Shown here: positions 1-10,116 of the stretch, piece after piece
Numbering within the stretch: the stretch's first letter is position 1
Layout of the letters: the number at the start of each line of letters is the position of its first letter
DNA from: an uncultured Methanosarcinales archaeon
GTDB taxonomy: Archaea > Nanobdellota > Nanobdellia > Woesearchaeales > CAYPCY01
Direction of reading: 5' to 3'
Assembly: GCA_964409385.1 (NCBI GenBank)
Contig: CAYPCY010000002.1
Coordinates: 79,941 to 143,940 of the forward strand
Length of the DNA: 64,000 nt
Translations under genes and position numbers: made by a program
The notes under the pieces: generated by a model
Seen by the model: only the letters and a program-made list of their open reading frames with translations
Database searches by the model: none
What the model was told of the DNA's origin: nothing

Positions 1-479
1 TTTCCGGATGGGTCTGATATTTCTAGGGTTAAGTTTTCTCTTCCCCATAATACTTTGGATAATTTTTTTAATTGGTTTTTTGCTTTTTTTCTTTTTGTTG
101 GATCGTCTTCTGAGTCTCTAGTGTTTTCCAGAATTTCTTTTATTCTATTTAGTAATCCTTCTATGTTGCTTACGAATCCGTCACTTGCCACGCCGGGGTC
201 TATTGTTATCATTCTAGGAATTTTTACTGTCGCTTCTGAACTTTTCACTAGTCTAACATTCAGATCTTCTTCTTTTTCTATTGTGAATGTGTACTTTGCT
301 GGTTCTTGTTTTTCATCAAGATCAACGTCTGTTTTTTTGTATTTGCATTCTTCGCAGTACATGGTTAGTATGAATGCTTTTCCAAAGTATGGTATTTCTT
401 TTTCTATTTCAGAAAGTGTCAGTCCGTTCTTGCCGCAAATATGGCAGGGTTGGCCTTTTATTATGTTGTCTTCACTCAT
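1..479 (-). CDS. ZPR1-type C4 zinc-finger protein (runs off window start; absent from ORF track)
   Basis: Manual translation from ATG 479: MSEDNIIKGQPCHICGKNGL...EIPYFGK...MYCEECKYK...SNIEGLL...LTLEISDPSG; two CxxC pairs plus IPYFG, NIEG and DPSG motifs of archaeal ZPR1. Confidence 0.9.
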   Translation of the reverse strand, partial: MSEDNIIKGQPCHICGKNGLTLSEIEKEIPYFGKAFILTMYCEECKYKKTDVDLDEKQEPAKYTFTIEKEEDLNVRLVKSSEATVKIPRMITIDPGVASDGFVSNIEGLLNRIKEILENTRDSEDDPTKRKKAKNQLKKLSKVLWGRENLTLEISDPSG

Positions 480-511
480 ATATTGCTTCAAAAACTATGA
501 GTTTAAAAATT

Positions 512-907
512 TTATTCTTCAAGATTGTTTGTTTGTTTGCTTCTGTAAATACTTGCAAATCCTGGAGTTACTACGATGTAATCTTCTCCAAATCCTGCAA
601 TATCTCCTTCTATAGCGTCGCAAGTTTTCTTAAGTTTATTAACTGCTCTTTTTAACTCAATCAAATCTTTTTCTTTTATTGGTTTAATATTAACAAGTGC
701 TATAGTGTATCCTTCTCTTATTGATTCTAGGATTTCTTTAACATCAGAAAAGTCTTCTATTACGAATGGTCTTACTGTGATTTTGGATTCTTTATCAAAT
801 CCTGTTTCGGTGTCTAATTCTACATATTCTTCTTCTACTGGCTCATCAAAATCTTCAGAATATTCCTCTCCGAATCTATTTTTGATTTGTGAAAATAAGT
901 TTCTCAT
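512..907 (-). CDS. sepF: Cell division protein SepF
   Basis: VRPFVIEDFSDV...IREGYTIALVNI...LKKTCDAIEGDIAG...IVVTP; SD-like GGAGGG upstream. Confidence 0.88.
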   Translation of the reverse strand: MRNLFSQIKNRFGEEYSEDFDEPVEEEYVELDTETGFDKESKITVRPFVIEDFSDVKEILESIREGYTIALVNIKPIKEKDLIELKRAVNKLKKTCDAIEGDIAGFGEDYIVVTPGFASIYRSKQTNNLEE

Positions 908-975
908 TTATGTCCCCTCCATTAACTATACTTGTGTAGTAATTATTCCGATATTTAAAACTATCGGATTTTTCT

Positions 976-1953
976 TTATAATTTCTTCTTAAATTCTTCA
1001 ATTACTGGTACTGGGCTTGGATCAAAATTTTGTTTAAATGCTAGTAGTAATGAAGTATAATCTCCAATAAATATGCTGGTGAACATTTTTGTTAGTTTTG
1101 AAGTTCCTGACATGTTTATTTGAGTATTTTCTATTCTTTTTTTAGTTAGTAATTCTTTAGTTAGTTTTATTCTTTTTTTAATTCTTACATGATCATCATC
1201 CTTGCTTAATATTATGCAGAGTAAGTCATTATTTTTATTGTATGCTTCTAATTCATTATGGTTTAATTCTGAAAATGTGTTGTTGAAAGCGAACATTTTA
1301 CTATTTTCATTAAATTGTGTTTTCCACCTATAAGCTACAGAACTCAAGTCTGGACTTCCATAAATCAATATTATTTTATCTAATAATTTGCTTGAGAGAT
1401 CATCAGCCATTTTTTGTAGTTTTGGATTACTTAATGATTTCAGTAAGGAGGGATATTCTTTCTTTCTATCCTTAACTAATCCACTATTAACTAAGACATT
1501 TAATACTGGAAAGAATAAGTATGGAAGGGCCATTCTAGGTTGTATGTTTCCAGGAATTTTTATTAAGTGGTCATTGTTAATTTTTGAAATTTCTTCTAGT
1601 TTGCCTCCTGAAGATATTAATAGTGTTTTGCATTTTAATCTTCTGGCATGCCTGTACATGTTTATTGTTTCTTCAGTATTTCCTGAATAGCTTATTGCGA
1701 AGACTAGTGTTTTTTCATTATTGTGTTCTGGAATTTCATAGTCTTTGACTGTTTCAATATTTACTTCAGTACCAACCAGATTTTTTAGTAGGTCTCCTGG
1801 TATTCCTGAACCTCCCATTCCACAAACTAATATTTTATCGACATCCTTAACTTTGACATTGTTTCCTATGTCCATGGCTTTAGTATAATGTTCGCTTATT
1901 TTATTTAGAAATCCTAAAGAGTTTTGAGAATCTAAATGTCCGTATTCTTCCAT
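976..1953 (-). CDS. Bifunctional phosphoglucose/phosphomannose isomerase (SIS domain)
   Basis: GMGGSG, SYSGNTEET, QPRMA, RWKTQFNENSK and ELNHNE motifs. Confidence 0.93.
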   Translation of the reverse strand: MEEYGHLDSQNSLGFLNKISEHYTKAMDIGNNVKVKDVDKILVCGMGGSGIPGDLLKNLVGTEVNIETVKDYEIPEHNNEKTLVFAISYSGNTEETINMYRHARRLKCKTLLISSGGKLEEISKINNDHLIKIPGNIQPRMALPYLFFPVLNVLVNSGLVKDRKKEYPSLLKSLSNPKLQKMADDLSSKLLDKIILIYGSPDLSSVAYRWKTQFNENSKMFAFNNTFSELNHNELEAYNKNNDLLCIILSKDDDHVRIKKRIKLTKELLTKKRIENTQINMSGTSKLTKMFTSIFIGDYTSLLLAFKQNFDPSPVPVIEEFKKKL

Positions 1954-1989
1954 GGAGAATTAATAATTTCTTATCTATTTAAAGTTTAT

Positions 1990-2046
1990 TAAACCCGGGA
2001 CATGCTCCTAAGAGCATATTCCGGGAAAAAGAGGTGAGTATTAATA
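1990..2046 (-). ncRNA. Candidate small RNA: anti-SD segment followed by a 14-bp GC-rich hairpin
   Basis: Minus strand reads ACTCACCTCTTTTT then CCCGGAATATGCTC-TTAG-GAGCATGTCCCGGG; own TTTAAATA box at 2075-2068; no long ORF. Confidence 0.45.
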
Positions 2047-2159
2047 GAATAAAGAGAGATAAGCTAATATTTAAACTTTACTAGTTTTTACTATTATATA
2101 ATAGTTAAAAATTAAATATTTAGAAAATAATTAAAAGCTTTAAACAATTTCATAATATT

Positions 2160-2657
2160 ATGAACTGTTCATCCTGTAAGAAAAAGAGAGAATTAAAAAA
2201 ACTAAGTTATACTGAAAGGAAGTATTGTACTTCTTGCTTAGTTTCATTACTTGAAAGAAGAATAAAAAAATTATTTAGAGAAAAAGAAATTCCTAAACTA
2301 ACAATAAAAAAAGAAGATAGTTTAGAGTTTGACTTTGCACTATTCTTCCTAAAAAAATTATTTCCTAGAGAAGAAATAAAACTTGCTAATACTGGAGTAA
2401 AACCTTCTAGTTTGGATGAACAAGCATTTCTTCTTCTAGACTCCTTCATTAATAATAAAAATTTAAAAAAACAATCTTACTTTCCAGAAAACATACTAAT
2501 TGAAGAGATGGAATTGTTAAGAGATTACATAAAAAGCAAGAACAAACCTAAATTCAAAAACAATAAACTGCTAAATGAATTAAAAAAGAATTATCCTGAT
2601 GTTTTATTCTCAATTTTTCAGAGTAAATTATTTCTTGAGACCAAAAGCTTTTTATGA
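2160..2657 (+). CDS. Degenerate TtuA/Ncs6-like zinc-finger protein lacking the PP-loop
   Basis: N-terminal CSSC...CTSC then ERRIKKLFR; C-terminal LLNELKKNYPDVLFSI resembles TtuA; no SGGxDS. Confidence 0.5.
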   Translation: MNCSSCKKKRELKKLSYTERKYCTSCLVSLLERRIKKLFREKEIPKLTIKKEDSLEFDFALFFLKKLFPREEIKLANTGVKPSSLDEQAFLLLDSFINNKNLKKQSYFPENILIEEMELLRDYIKSKNKPKFKNNKLLNELKKNYPDVLFSIFQSKLFLETKSFL

Positions 2658-2678
2658 TACTAATTTCTTCACACAATC

Positions 2679-3632
2679 ATGAACACTAAAAATTTAGAGA
2701 ATCTTGTTATTATAGGCTCTGGTCCTGCAGGTTGGACTGCAGCGATTTATGCTTCAAGAGCAGACTTGGATCCTTTAGTTATTGAAGGAGTAGAAGTTGG
2801 TGGTCAGTTAATGCTAACAACTTTAGTTGAGAATTATCCAGGCTTCAAAAAAGGAATTCAAGGTCCTGAATTAATGGATGAGATGAGATTACAAGCTAAA
2901 AATTTGGGTGTTAGAATAATAACCTCAAATGTTACTAATTTAGAAAAAGAAGGAAAACACTTCAAAATAGTATATTCTGAAAAAACAATTCTTGCAAAAT
3001 CAGTTATTATAACTACTGGAGCTTCTGCAAGGTGGTTGAATATTCCATCAGAAAAGAAATTTAAGGGAAGGGGAGTTTCAACATGTGCAACTTGTGATGG
3101 TTATTTCTTCAAAGGAAAAACTGTAGCTATTATAGGAGGCGGAGATTCTGCAATGGAAGAAGCACAATTTTTAGCCAAGATTTGTAAATCTGTAAAAATA
3201 ATTCATAGAAAACATTGTTTGAGAGCTTCAGAAGCAATGCAAAAAAAGGTTAAAATTCTCAAAAATGTAGAGTTTATATGGAATTCGGAAATTAAAGAAT
3301 TTTTAGGAGATAATATATTGACAGAAATTAAAGTTTTCAACAGCAAAACGAATAAAGAATCAGAAATTAAGGTTGATGGAGTCTTCCTTGCTATAGGACA
3401 TATTCCAAATGTTAATTTCATAAAGAAAGGATTAGTAGAACTAGACAAAATGAACTATATAATTACAGAAAACACCAAAACAAAAACTCCAGGATTATTT
3501 GCAGCAGGAGATGTTCAAGATTTCAAGTATAGACAAGCAGTTACTGCTGCAGGCACTGGTTGTATGGCCGCTTTAGAAGCAAATGCTTTTTTAGAAGGGC
3601 ATGTTTACGATAAAAAATTAAAAGAATGTTAG
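2679..3632 (+). CDS. trxB: Thioredoxin reductase
   Basis: GSGPAG, GGQL, CATCDG redox centre, GGGDSA, FAAGDV, YRQAVTAAG. Confidence 0.97.
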   Translation: MNTKNLENLVIIGSGPAGWTAAIYASRADLDPLVIEGVEVGGQLMLTTLVENYPGFKKGIQGPELMDEMRLQAKNLGVRIITSNVTNLEKEGKHFKIVYSEKTILAKSVIITTGASARWLNIPSEKKFKGRGVSTCATCDGYFFKGKTVAIIGGGDSAMEEAQFLAKICKSVKIIHRKHCLRASEAMQKKVKILKNVEFIWNSEIKEFLGDNILTEIKVFNSKTNKESEIKVDGVFLAIGHIPNVNFIKKGLVELDKMNYIITENTKTKTPGLFAAGDVQDFKYRQAVTAAGTGCMAALEANAFLEGHVYDKKLKEC

Positions 3633-4348
3633 AAGGTAAAATTGCAATAGTTACGGGAGCTTCATCTGGTATTGGAAATGCTATTACTGAAGCTTTAGCT
3701 AAAGAAAAAGCGATTGTTGTAATGGCTGCCAGGAGTATTGATAAGATGAACTCCCAAGCCACAAACCTTAAAGAAAAATACGGTTCTGTTGTTGATGCTG
3801 TTAAGACGGATCTTACTAATGAGGAAGATATTAAGAATTTGTTTAAATACACCATTAAGAATTATGGAATTCCTAAAATTCTAGTAAATTCAGCAGGAGT
3901 TTTTACCTACAAAAGTTTAAAAGAAACAACCATGGAAGAACATAATAAGATTTTCCAATTAAATTATACTTCTGTCGTTCAAACAATAAAATGTGCTTTA
4001 GAAAGTATGAGTGAAGGAGTTATTATTAATATTTCTTCACAAGCGGGACTAGAAGGTTTTGATAATGAAACCGCATATTGCGCTTCAAAATTTGCATTGA
4101 ATGGATTCTCTCAATCTTTAGATAAAGAATTAGAAAATATTAGAGTTTATGCATTATGTCCTGGACTGGTTGACACTCCATTAGCTAGAAAGTCAAAGCT
4201 TCCTGAAATTCTTGGAATAAGTACTGAGGATGATTGGAAGAAACAATTGCAAGTTAGTGAAGTTTCTAATAAAACTTTAGAAATAATAAGTAATTACAAG
4301 ATATATTCCGATAATGCAATAATTCCGTTAAGTTCTGAAAGAGTTTGA
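3626..4348 (+). CDS. Short-chain dehydrogenase/reductase (SDR)
   Basis: TGASSGIG, NSAG, YCASK catalytic motif, CPG. Confidence 0.93.
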   Translation: MLEGKIAIVTGASSGIGNAITEALAKEKAIVVMAARSIDKMNSQATNLKEKYGSVVDAVKTDLTNEEDIKNLFKYTIKNYGIPKILVNSAGVFTYKSLKETTMEEHNKIFQLNYTSVVQTIKCALESMSEGVIINISSQAGLEGFDNETAYCASKFALNGFSQSLDKELENIRVYALCPGLVDTPLARKSKLPEILGISTEDDWKKQLQVSEVSNKTLEIISNYKIYSDNAIIPLSSERV

Positions 4349-4413
4349 TTTTTCTGAAAATTATTATTATTTAATGAAAGAACTATTTTATTAATTAAAA
4401 TTATTAACAAATT

Positions 4414-5244
4414 ATGAAATTAATATTCTTAATAATCCTCTTAACAGCATGTTCTATTCCTTCAGAAGAAGGTTCTATAGAGGTTGAATTCTGTCCTGGA
4501 TGTTATAATACCTTCATTAGTTTAATTAACAATTCTGAAAATATTTCTTGTGCTTTTTATGAAGTAGATAAGAAGATTATTTCCTTACTCGAAGAAAAGA
4601 AAGCTAACATATTCTTACATAATAAGACTTGGGGCCTGATGCACAACAAATATTGTGTTTTAAACAAAAAAACAGTAATTACAGGAAGTTTAAACCCTAC
4701 AAATAATGGCTTCACCAAAAACAGGAATAATATTGTAATAATAAATTCTTCAATACTAGCAAATAATTATTTATCAAAATTTAATAATTTAAAGTATGGA
4801 AGTAAAACTAAAATAATACACAAATTTAAGCTTTCAGGAATAATAATAGAAAATTATTTTTGCCCTGAAGATTCTTGCGAGGAGAAAGTAATTAATATTT
4901 TAGAGAAAGAAAAAAACATTAAATTTATGTTATTCACAATCACTTCAGATAGTATTGGAAATTTATTAAAAGAAAGAAACGCCTCAGGAATTATAGATCC
5001 TTTACAAAAGAACATTAAAGGTTCTGAATATAAAAAATTAAACACTGAAGTTTACAATTGCAAAGGAAAATTACATCATAAAGTTTTCTTTACCGATAAT
5101 ATTGTAATTACCGGAAGTTACAATCCTACAAATGCAGGAAACACAATTAATGATGAGAATATAATAATAATTCACAATAAAAAAATAGTAAACAAATTCA
5201 AGAAAGAATTCTCACTCCTTCAACATTGCACTTTCTCTGATTAG
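4414..5244 (+). CDS. Phospholipase D superfamily protein (two HKD-type motifs) with lipoprotein signal
   Basis: HNKYCVLN..TGSLN and HHKVFFTD..TGSYN; N-terminus MKLIFLIILLTAC (lipobox). Confidence 0.85.
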   Translation: MKLIFLIILLTACSIPSEEGSIEVEFCPGCYNTFISLINNSENISCAFYEVDKKIISLLEEKKANIFLHNKTWGLMHNKYCVLNKKTVITGSLNPTNNGFTKNRNNIVIINSSILANNYLSKFNNLKYGSKTKIIHKFKLSGIIIENYFCPEDSCEEKVINILEKEKNIKFMLFTITSDSIGNLLKERNASGIIDPLQKNIKGSEYKKLNTEVYNCKGKLHHKVFFTDNIVITGSYNPTNAGNTINDENIIIIHNKKIVNKFKKEFSLLQHCTFSD

Positions 5245-5592
5245 CAATCTAGGAATATTATTTTTAATAATATTTATTCTTTTTTCGGTTAGTTTCGATT
5301 CTAAAAATTCTTCTCTTTCAAGCCTTCTAATGAGTGTCTCCAATAATCTAATATCTTCAACTTCTTCTCTTTGAAGGTCAACAAGTTTTGACTTTCCAGT
5401 TTTTTTTATGAGATTAGATTTTTTATTTTCTACCTTTCTAATTATTCTTAATCCATTGATTATTTTAGCATATAATTTTTCATCAGCACTACCATGTCTT
5501 TTTACATCTTCAAGTATATCAATAAATCTAGAAATACTTTCAAATGCTGAGATAATACCTTCGATTAATTCTTCTATTCTTTTGTAAATCAT
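5212..5592 (-). CDS. Hypothetical helical protein
   Basis: 126-aa ORF coupled to the upstream gene by an ATGA overlap. Confidence 0.6.
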   Translation of the reverse strand: MIYKRIEELIEGIISAFESISRFIDILEDVKRHGSADEKLYAKIINGLRIIRKVENKKSNLIKKTGKSKLVDLQREEVEDIRLLETLIRRLEREEFLESKLTEKRINIIKNNIPRLLIRESAMLKE

Positions 5593-6200
5593 TCGCTCTT
5601 ACCTATCAAGTCTGCAGTACAAGCTCCCAAGACTGCAAGTATACTAATTGCAGCAACGCTTTTATATATTTCTTCAAACTGAGTTTCTAAATTTGCAAAT
5701 CCGAATAAAAATAAGACAAATACAACAACTGATAAGGCAGTAATATAAACAGTTAATATCCTTAAAGGAATAAACTTTAATGATTTGCTCTCTTTAATTT
5801 CTCTATAGCCACTATAGTAAATAAACATACTTCCAATAAGAAAAGAAACCAAGTAAAGTAATGAAGCTCTCATCATAGAAATTTCATGAGCTATCTTAAT
5901 ACCATAAAAGAAAGCAAAATGACCCATTATTCCAATAAACGCACCTATAATACTCTTACTAATATCTCGTAATGTGACTCTTTTCAAAGGACTAGATTTT
6001 AATTCTTTCTTAATATCCTTTTCTAAATTTTTTAATTCTTCAAGATCCTCTAATTCTTCCTTTTCAGCCTTCAAAAGTTTCTGATCTGAAGCCAAATCTT
6101 TCTCTTCTGCATCTTGAAGAATTTTTTGATTTTTCAAGACTTTTTGCTGATTCTTAAGAATTTTCTTATTAAGAGTTATTATTTCGTCTAACTTACTCAT
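5589..6200 (-). CDS. Membrane protein with N-terminal coiled coil (DUF2391-like)
   Basis: Charged N-terminal region followed by four hydrophobic helices. Confidence 0.65.
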   Translation of the reverse strand: MSKLDEIITLNKKILKNQQKVLKNQKILQDAEEKDLASDQKLLKAEKEELEDLEELKNLEKDIKKELKSSPLKRVTLRDISKSIIGAFIGIMGHFAFFYGIKIAHEISMMRASLLYLVSFLIGSMFIYYSGYREIKESKSLKFIPLRILTVYITALSVVVFVLFLFGFANLETQFEEIYKSVAAISILAVLGACTADLIGKSE

Positions 6201-6235
6201 TCAACAATTAGAACTGGTTTAGGATTTAAATCTTT

Positions 6236-7258
6236 CTACTGGTTATTATATGCTTCTACTTCTTCATATAATACAGTAAGTTTAATCCCTGCTTGCTTCA
6301 ATAATTTTCTGCTTTCTTGAGCCGCATGATATTGTTTTTCACAAATAACTTCCGTAATTCCAGAATTTATAATCATTTTAGCACAGGCTGGGCAAGGTTC
6401 CATTTTTACATAGATGGATGATCCATCAATACAAATACCATGTTTTGAAGCTTGAACTATTGCATTCTGTTCCGCATGTGTTGTTCTAACACAATGTTTC
6501 CTTTCTACACCGTCAGAATGAATTGTTGATTCCATTTGATGACCTGCCTCGTCACAATGTGGTAAATGTGTCGGCGCTCCAGCATATCCTGTAGATAATA
6601 TTCTTTTATCTTTTACTATAACACAACCTGCCTTACCCCTATTACAAGTTCCTCTAGATCCTACCGATTTCATTATTGAAATGAAATATTCTTCCCAAGA
6701 GGGTCTTAATTTAAATTTTAAGTCTTTCAAGACTTTATCAACCTTATTATGTACTTTTTTTAATGAAGAATCATTTATTACTACTATATTAGCTGCTTTC
6801 TTAATCTTATTATGTGCCCTAAAATGACTTCCTCCCCCCTTACTTTCTAATTCTTCCATTATTTTGAATTCTTCAAAAGTTTTAGGATCTTTTTCTCTGT
6901 TTCTAGCAAGTAACCTTTCAAATCTTAATGTTTGAGGGGCATCTACAAATACTAAATTAAAATCTTCTCTTTGTTTAAGAACTTCAACTTCTCCTTCAGT
7001 ACCTATTGAGCTAATAATATAATTTTGATTCTGATCTAATTTTATTAATGTCTTCCAAGCTAGAATTCCAGGACCATACTCTGTTCTTAACTCATTTCCT
7101 AAGATTTGTAAATTCTTCCTTGTAATTTCTTTATTTTCTTTCCCTAAATCTTCCCTAAGAATATTAGATAGTGAATAGTGAATGAATCCTTTTCCTTGCA
7201 AATAATTTGCAACAGTGTCTTTTCCAGAAGCATAGCTTCCCCCCAAGCCTATAATCAT
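6236..7258 (-). CDS. P-loop nucleotide kinase-like domain fused to dCMP deaminase
   Basis: GSYASGKDT P-loop; RPSWEEYF, HAEQNA and PCPAC deaminase Zn motifs. Confidence 0.9.
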   Translation of the reverse strand: MIIGLGGSYASGKDTVANYLQGKGFIHYSLSNILREDLGKENKEITRKNLQILGNELRTEYGPGILAWKTLIKLDQNQNYIISSIGTEGEVEVLKQREDFNLVFVDAPQTLRFERLLARNREKDPKTFEEFKIMEELESKGGGSHFRAHNKIKKAANIVVINDSSLKKVHNKVDKVLKDLKFKLRPSWEEYFISIMKSVGSRGTCNRGKAGCVIVKDKRILSTGYAGAPTHLPHCDEAGHQMESTIHSDGVERKHCVRTTHAEQNAIVQASKHGICIDGSSIYVKMEPCPACAKMIINSGITEVICEKQYHAAQESRKLLKQAGIKLTVLYEEVEAYNNQ

Positions 7259-7366
7259 ATATTTTCTATATTTAACATTCTTTAAATCATTTACTATTCT
7301 AAAATGAAAAGTTTCCGGAGTAAACTTTATAAACGATACAAAATTCAGTTTTTTTGGTGATATATT

Positions 7367-7774
7367 ATGTCAGTAATTGGTTTTAACATAGCAAAGATTG
7401 ATGCGGAAAAAAAGAATTCTCCGAAAGGAAAAGTTAATGTGGAAAGTAATGTTGCCATAAAAAAAGTTGAAGTTTCTGATGTTTCGTTAGGAAAGGATGA
7501 TGAGAAAGTATTAGATTTTAATTTTGAATTTAAAACTAATTATTCTCCTGACGTAGGCCATATTCTTATTGCAGGAAATTTACTGTTTTTAACAAAGAGT
7601 GAAGAAGCTACTAAAATAGCTGATGAATGGAATAAAACTAAAAAATTAGAGAAGGATGTCATGAGACCAATCTTTAATACAGTTCTTGCAAGAGGAAATA
7701 TTCAAGCTATGATTATTAGTAAGGATTTAAACCTTCCAGCACCTATTCAGCTACCTAGAATGAAGGATAATTAA
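7367..7774 (+). CDS. Conserved archaeal hypothetical protein upstream of CDC48
   Basis: 135-aa ORF with GGTGA SD; C-terminal [10 protein letters not shown]. Confidence 0.7.
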   Translation: MSVIGFNIAKIDAEKKNSPKGKVNVESNVAIKKVEVSDVSLGKDDEKVLDFNFEFKTNYSPDVGHILIAGNLLFLTKSEEATKIADEWNKTKKLEKDVMRPIFNTVLARGNIQAMIISKDLNLPAPIQLPRMKDN

Positions 7775-7808
7775 GTTTATAAATATAATTTCTTTCTTTT
7801 TTTTGAAA

Positions 7809-10085
7809 ATGACAGAAGAAGTAAAGCTTAAAGTTGCAGAAGCAATCCAGGATGATGTCAATAAAGGTATTGTTAGGATTGACTCTTCATACATGCACAA
7901 GATAGGTTTGAGACCTGGAGATATTGTAGAAATTGCAGGGCAGAGATCTACAGTTGCTATTGCGGATCGTTCCTACCCAGGAGATATAGGACTTGATATT
8001 ATAAGAATGGATGGTCTTGTAAGAAGAAATGCAAAGGCAGGAATTGGCGAAATAATTTCTATTCGTAAGGTTGAAGTTCACAAAGCAAAAAAAGTAATTA
8101 TAGCACCTGCAAGAAAGGGAATAATGATAAGGGCAAATCCTGAAATTTTTAAGAATGGATTGTTAGGAAGGGCTGTTAAAAAAGGAGATTTAGTATCATT
8201 AGGAGGTGCTAGAAGAAGAAAATCTTCAATGTCAGCAAATCCTTTATTCGAAGAATTCTTTTCAACCCTAGACGAAAACATGCTTAATTTTGGATTGGGA
8301 GACTTAAAATTTGTCATACTTAATGCCACACCAAAAGATGTTGTTATTATTACTGAAGAAACTCAAGTAGAATTCAAGCCTGAAGCTGTTGATTTGAAAG
8401 AAGAAGTAATTTCTGAAGTTGTTTATGAAGACATTGGCGGTTTGGATGAAGAAATAAAGAAAGTTAGAGAACTTGTTGAATTACCTCTAAAACATCCTGA
8501 AGTTTTTGAAAGGTTAGGTATTGAACCACCTAAGGGAATTTTACTTCATGGTCCTCCAGGGACTGGTAAAACATTATTGGCAAAGGCAGTAGCTAGTGAG
8601 ACAAATTCACATTTTATATTAATTAATGGTCCTGAAATAATGAGTAAGTATTATGGACAGAGTGAAGAAAATTTAAGAAAAAAGTTTGAAGAGGCTGAAG
8701 AAAACTCTCCAAGTATTATTTTCATTGATGAAATAGACGCTATAGCTTCCAAGAGGGAAGAAGCTCGTGGTGAAGTGGAAAGAAGAGTTGTTGCACAACT
8801 TCTTTCCTTAATGGACGGTCTTACATCAAGAGGGAAAGTTGTTGTTATTGCAGCCACTAATATTCCAAATTCTTTAGATCCTGCATTAAGAAGGCCTGGA
8901 AGGTTTGACAGGGAGTTAGAGATTGGAGTTCCTTCAAAGAAAGGAAGAGAAGTTATATTGAAAATTCATACTAGGAATATGCCATTAACTAAATCAATTA
9001 ATTTATCAAAGATTGCAGAGATAACTCATGGTTTTGTAGGCGCTGATTTATCCTCTCTAGCTAAAGAAGCAGCAATGATTGTTTTACGAAGATTACTTCC
9101 TGAAATGAGTCTTGATAAGGAAGAACAAATTCCTCAAGAAGTTCTCGAAAAGATCATTATTAGTCAAAAAGATTTTCTTGATGCTTTAAAGTTTGTAAGA
9201 CCTTCTGCAATGAGAGAAGTTCTAATCGAAATCCCAAATATTAAATGGAAAGATATTGGAGGTTTGAAAGAGGCTAAACAAGAATTAATTGAAGCTGTAG
9301 AATGGCCTTTGAAAAATGCATCTTCATTCAAAAATTTAGGGGTTAAACCACCTAAAGGAGTTTTATTATATGGTCCTCCTGGGACTGGTAAAACCTTATT
9401 GGCAAAGGCAGTAGCTAACGAGTCAGAAGCTAATTTCATTCTTGTAAAAGGTCCTGAACTACTTAGTAAATGGATGGGCGAGTCAGAAAAGGCAGTTAGG
9501 AAAATTTTTGAAAAAGCAAGACAAACAGCCCCAACAATTATCTTCTTTGACGAAATAGATAGTTTAGCACCTAATAGAAGTGCAGGAGATGATAATAAAG
9601 TTACTGAAAGGGTCGTTAATCAACTACTTACCGAGATTGACGGAATGCAAGATTTAGAGAATATTGTTATTATTGGCGCCACTAATAGACCAGACATTAT
9701 GGATACTGCATTATTAAGACCTGGAAGGTTTGATAGAATTTTATTAATTGGTTCTCCTGATATAAAAGCAAGAGAAGAAATTTTAAAGGTTCACACTAAA
9801 GAAATGCCTTTGGACAAGGATGTTTCGATTAATGAACTTGCAAAATCTTCAGAAGGTTATGCTGGTGCAGATATTGAATCAATATGTAGAGAGGCAGCTA
9901 TTAACTCATTAAGGGAAGATATGAAAGCTAAAAATGTTAAAATGAAACATTTTAAAGCTGCATTAAAAAAAGTAAATCCTTCATTAACTAAAGAGATTAT
10001 TGATGCTTATGCTGAATTACAAAATAAGTTTTCTCAAGCTAAAGCTAGAGAATTACAGCTTAACAAACCAAGTTATTTCGGTTAG
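7809..10085 (+). CDS. cdc48: CDC48/VAT AAA+ ATPase
   Basis: N domain plus two AAA modules (GPPGTGKT twice, DEID, RPGRFDR). Confidence 0.97.
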   Translation: MTEEVKLKVAEAIQDDVNKGIVRIDSSYMHKIGLRPGDIVEIAGQRSTVAIADRSYPGDIGLDIIRMDGLVRRNAKAGIGEIISIRKVEVHKAKKVIIAPARKGIMIRANPEIFKNGLLGRAVKKGDLVSLGGARRRKSSMSANPLFEEFFSTLDENMLNFGLGDLKFVILNATPKDVVIITEETQVEFKPEAVDLKEEVISEVVYEDIGGLDEEIKKVRELVELPLKHPEVFERLGIEPPKGILLHGPPGTGKTLLAKAVASETNSHFILINGPEIMSKYYGQSEENLRKKFEEAEENSPSIIFIDEIDAIASKREEARGEVERRVVAQLLSLMDGLTSRGKVVVIAATNIPNSLDPALRRPGRFDRELEIGVPSKKGREVILKIHTRNMPLTKSINLSKIAEITHGFVGADLSSLAKEAAMIVLRRLLPEMSLDKEEQIPQEVLEKIIISQKDFLDALKFVRPSAMREVLIEIPNIKWKDIGGLKEAKQELIEAVEWPLKNASSFKNLGVKPPKGVLLYGPPGTGKTLLAKAVANESEANFILVKGPELLSKWMGESEKAVRKIFEKARQTAPTIIFFDEIDSLAPNRSAGDDNKVTERVVNQLLTEIDGMQDLENIVIIGATNRPDIMDTALLRPGRFDRILLIGSPDIKAREEILKVHTKEMPLDKDVSINELAKSSEGYAGADIESICREAAINSLREDMKAKNVKMKHFKAALKKVNPSLTKEIIDAYAELQNKFSQAKARELQLNKPSYFG

Positions 10086-10116
10086 ATTTAAATAATACTT
10101 TTGTGTTTTTTATAAT

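Noticed and set aside
55..655. Plus-strand ORFs 55..615 and 374..655
   Set aside because: Antisense shadows of the ZPR1 and sepF genes; the same applies to the many short F/S/L-rich opposite-strand ORFs across the track
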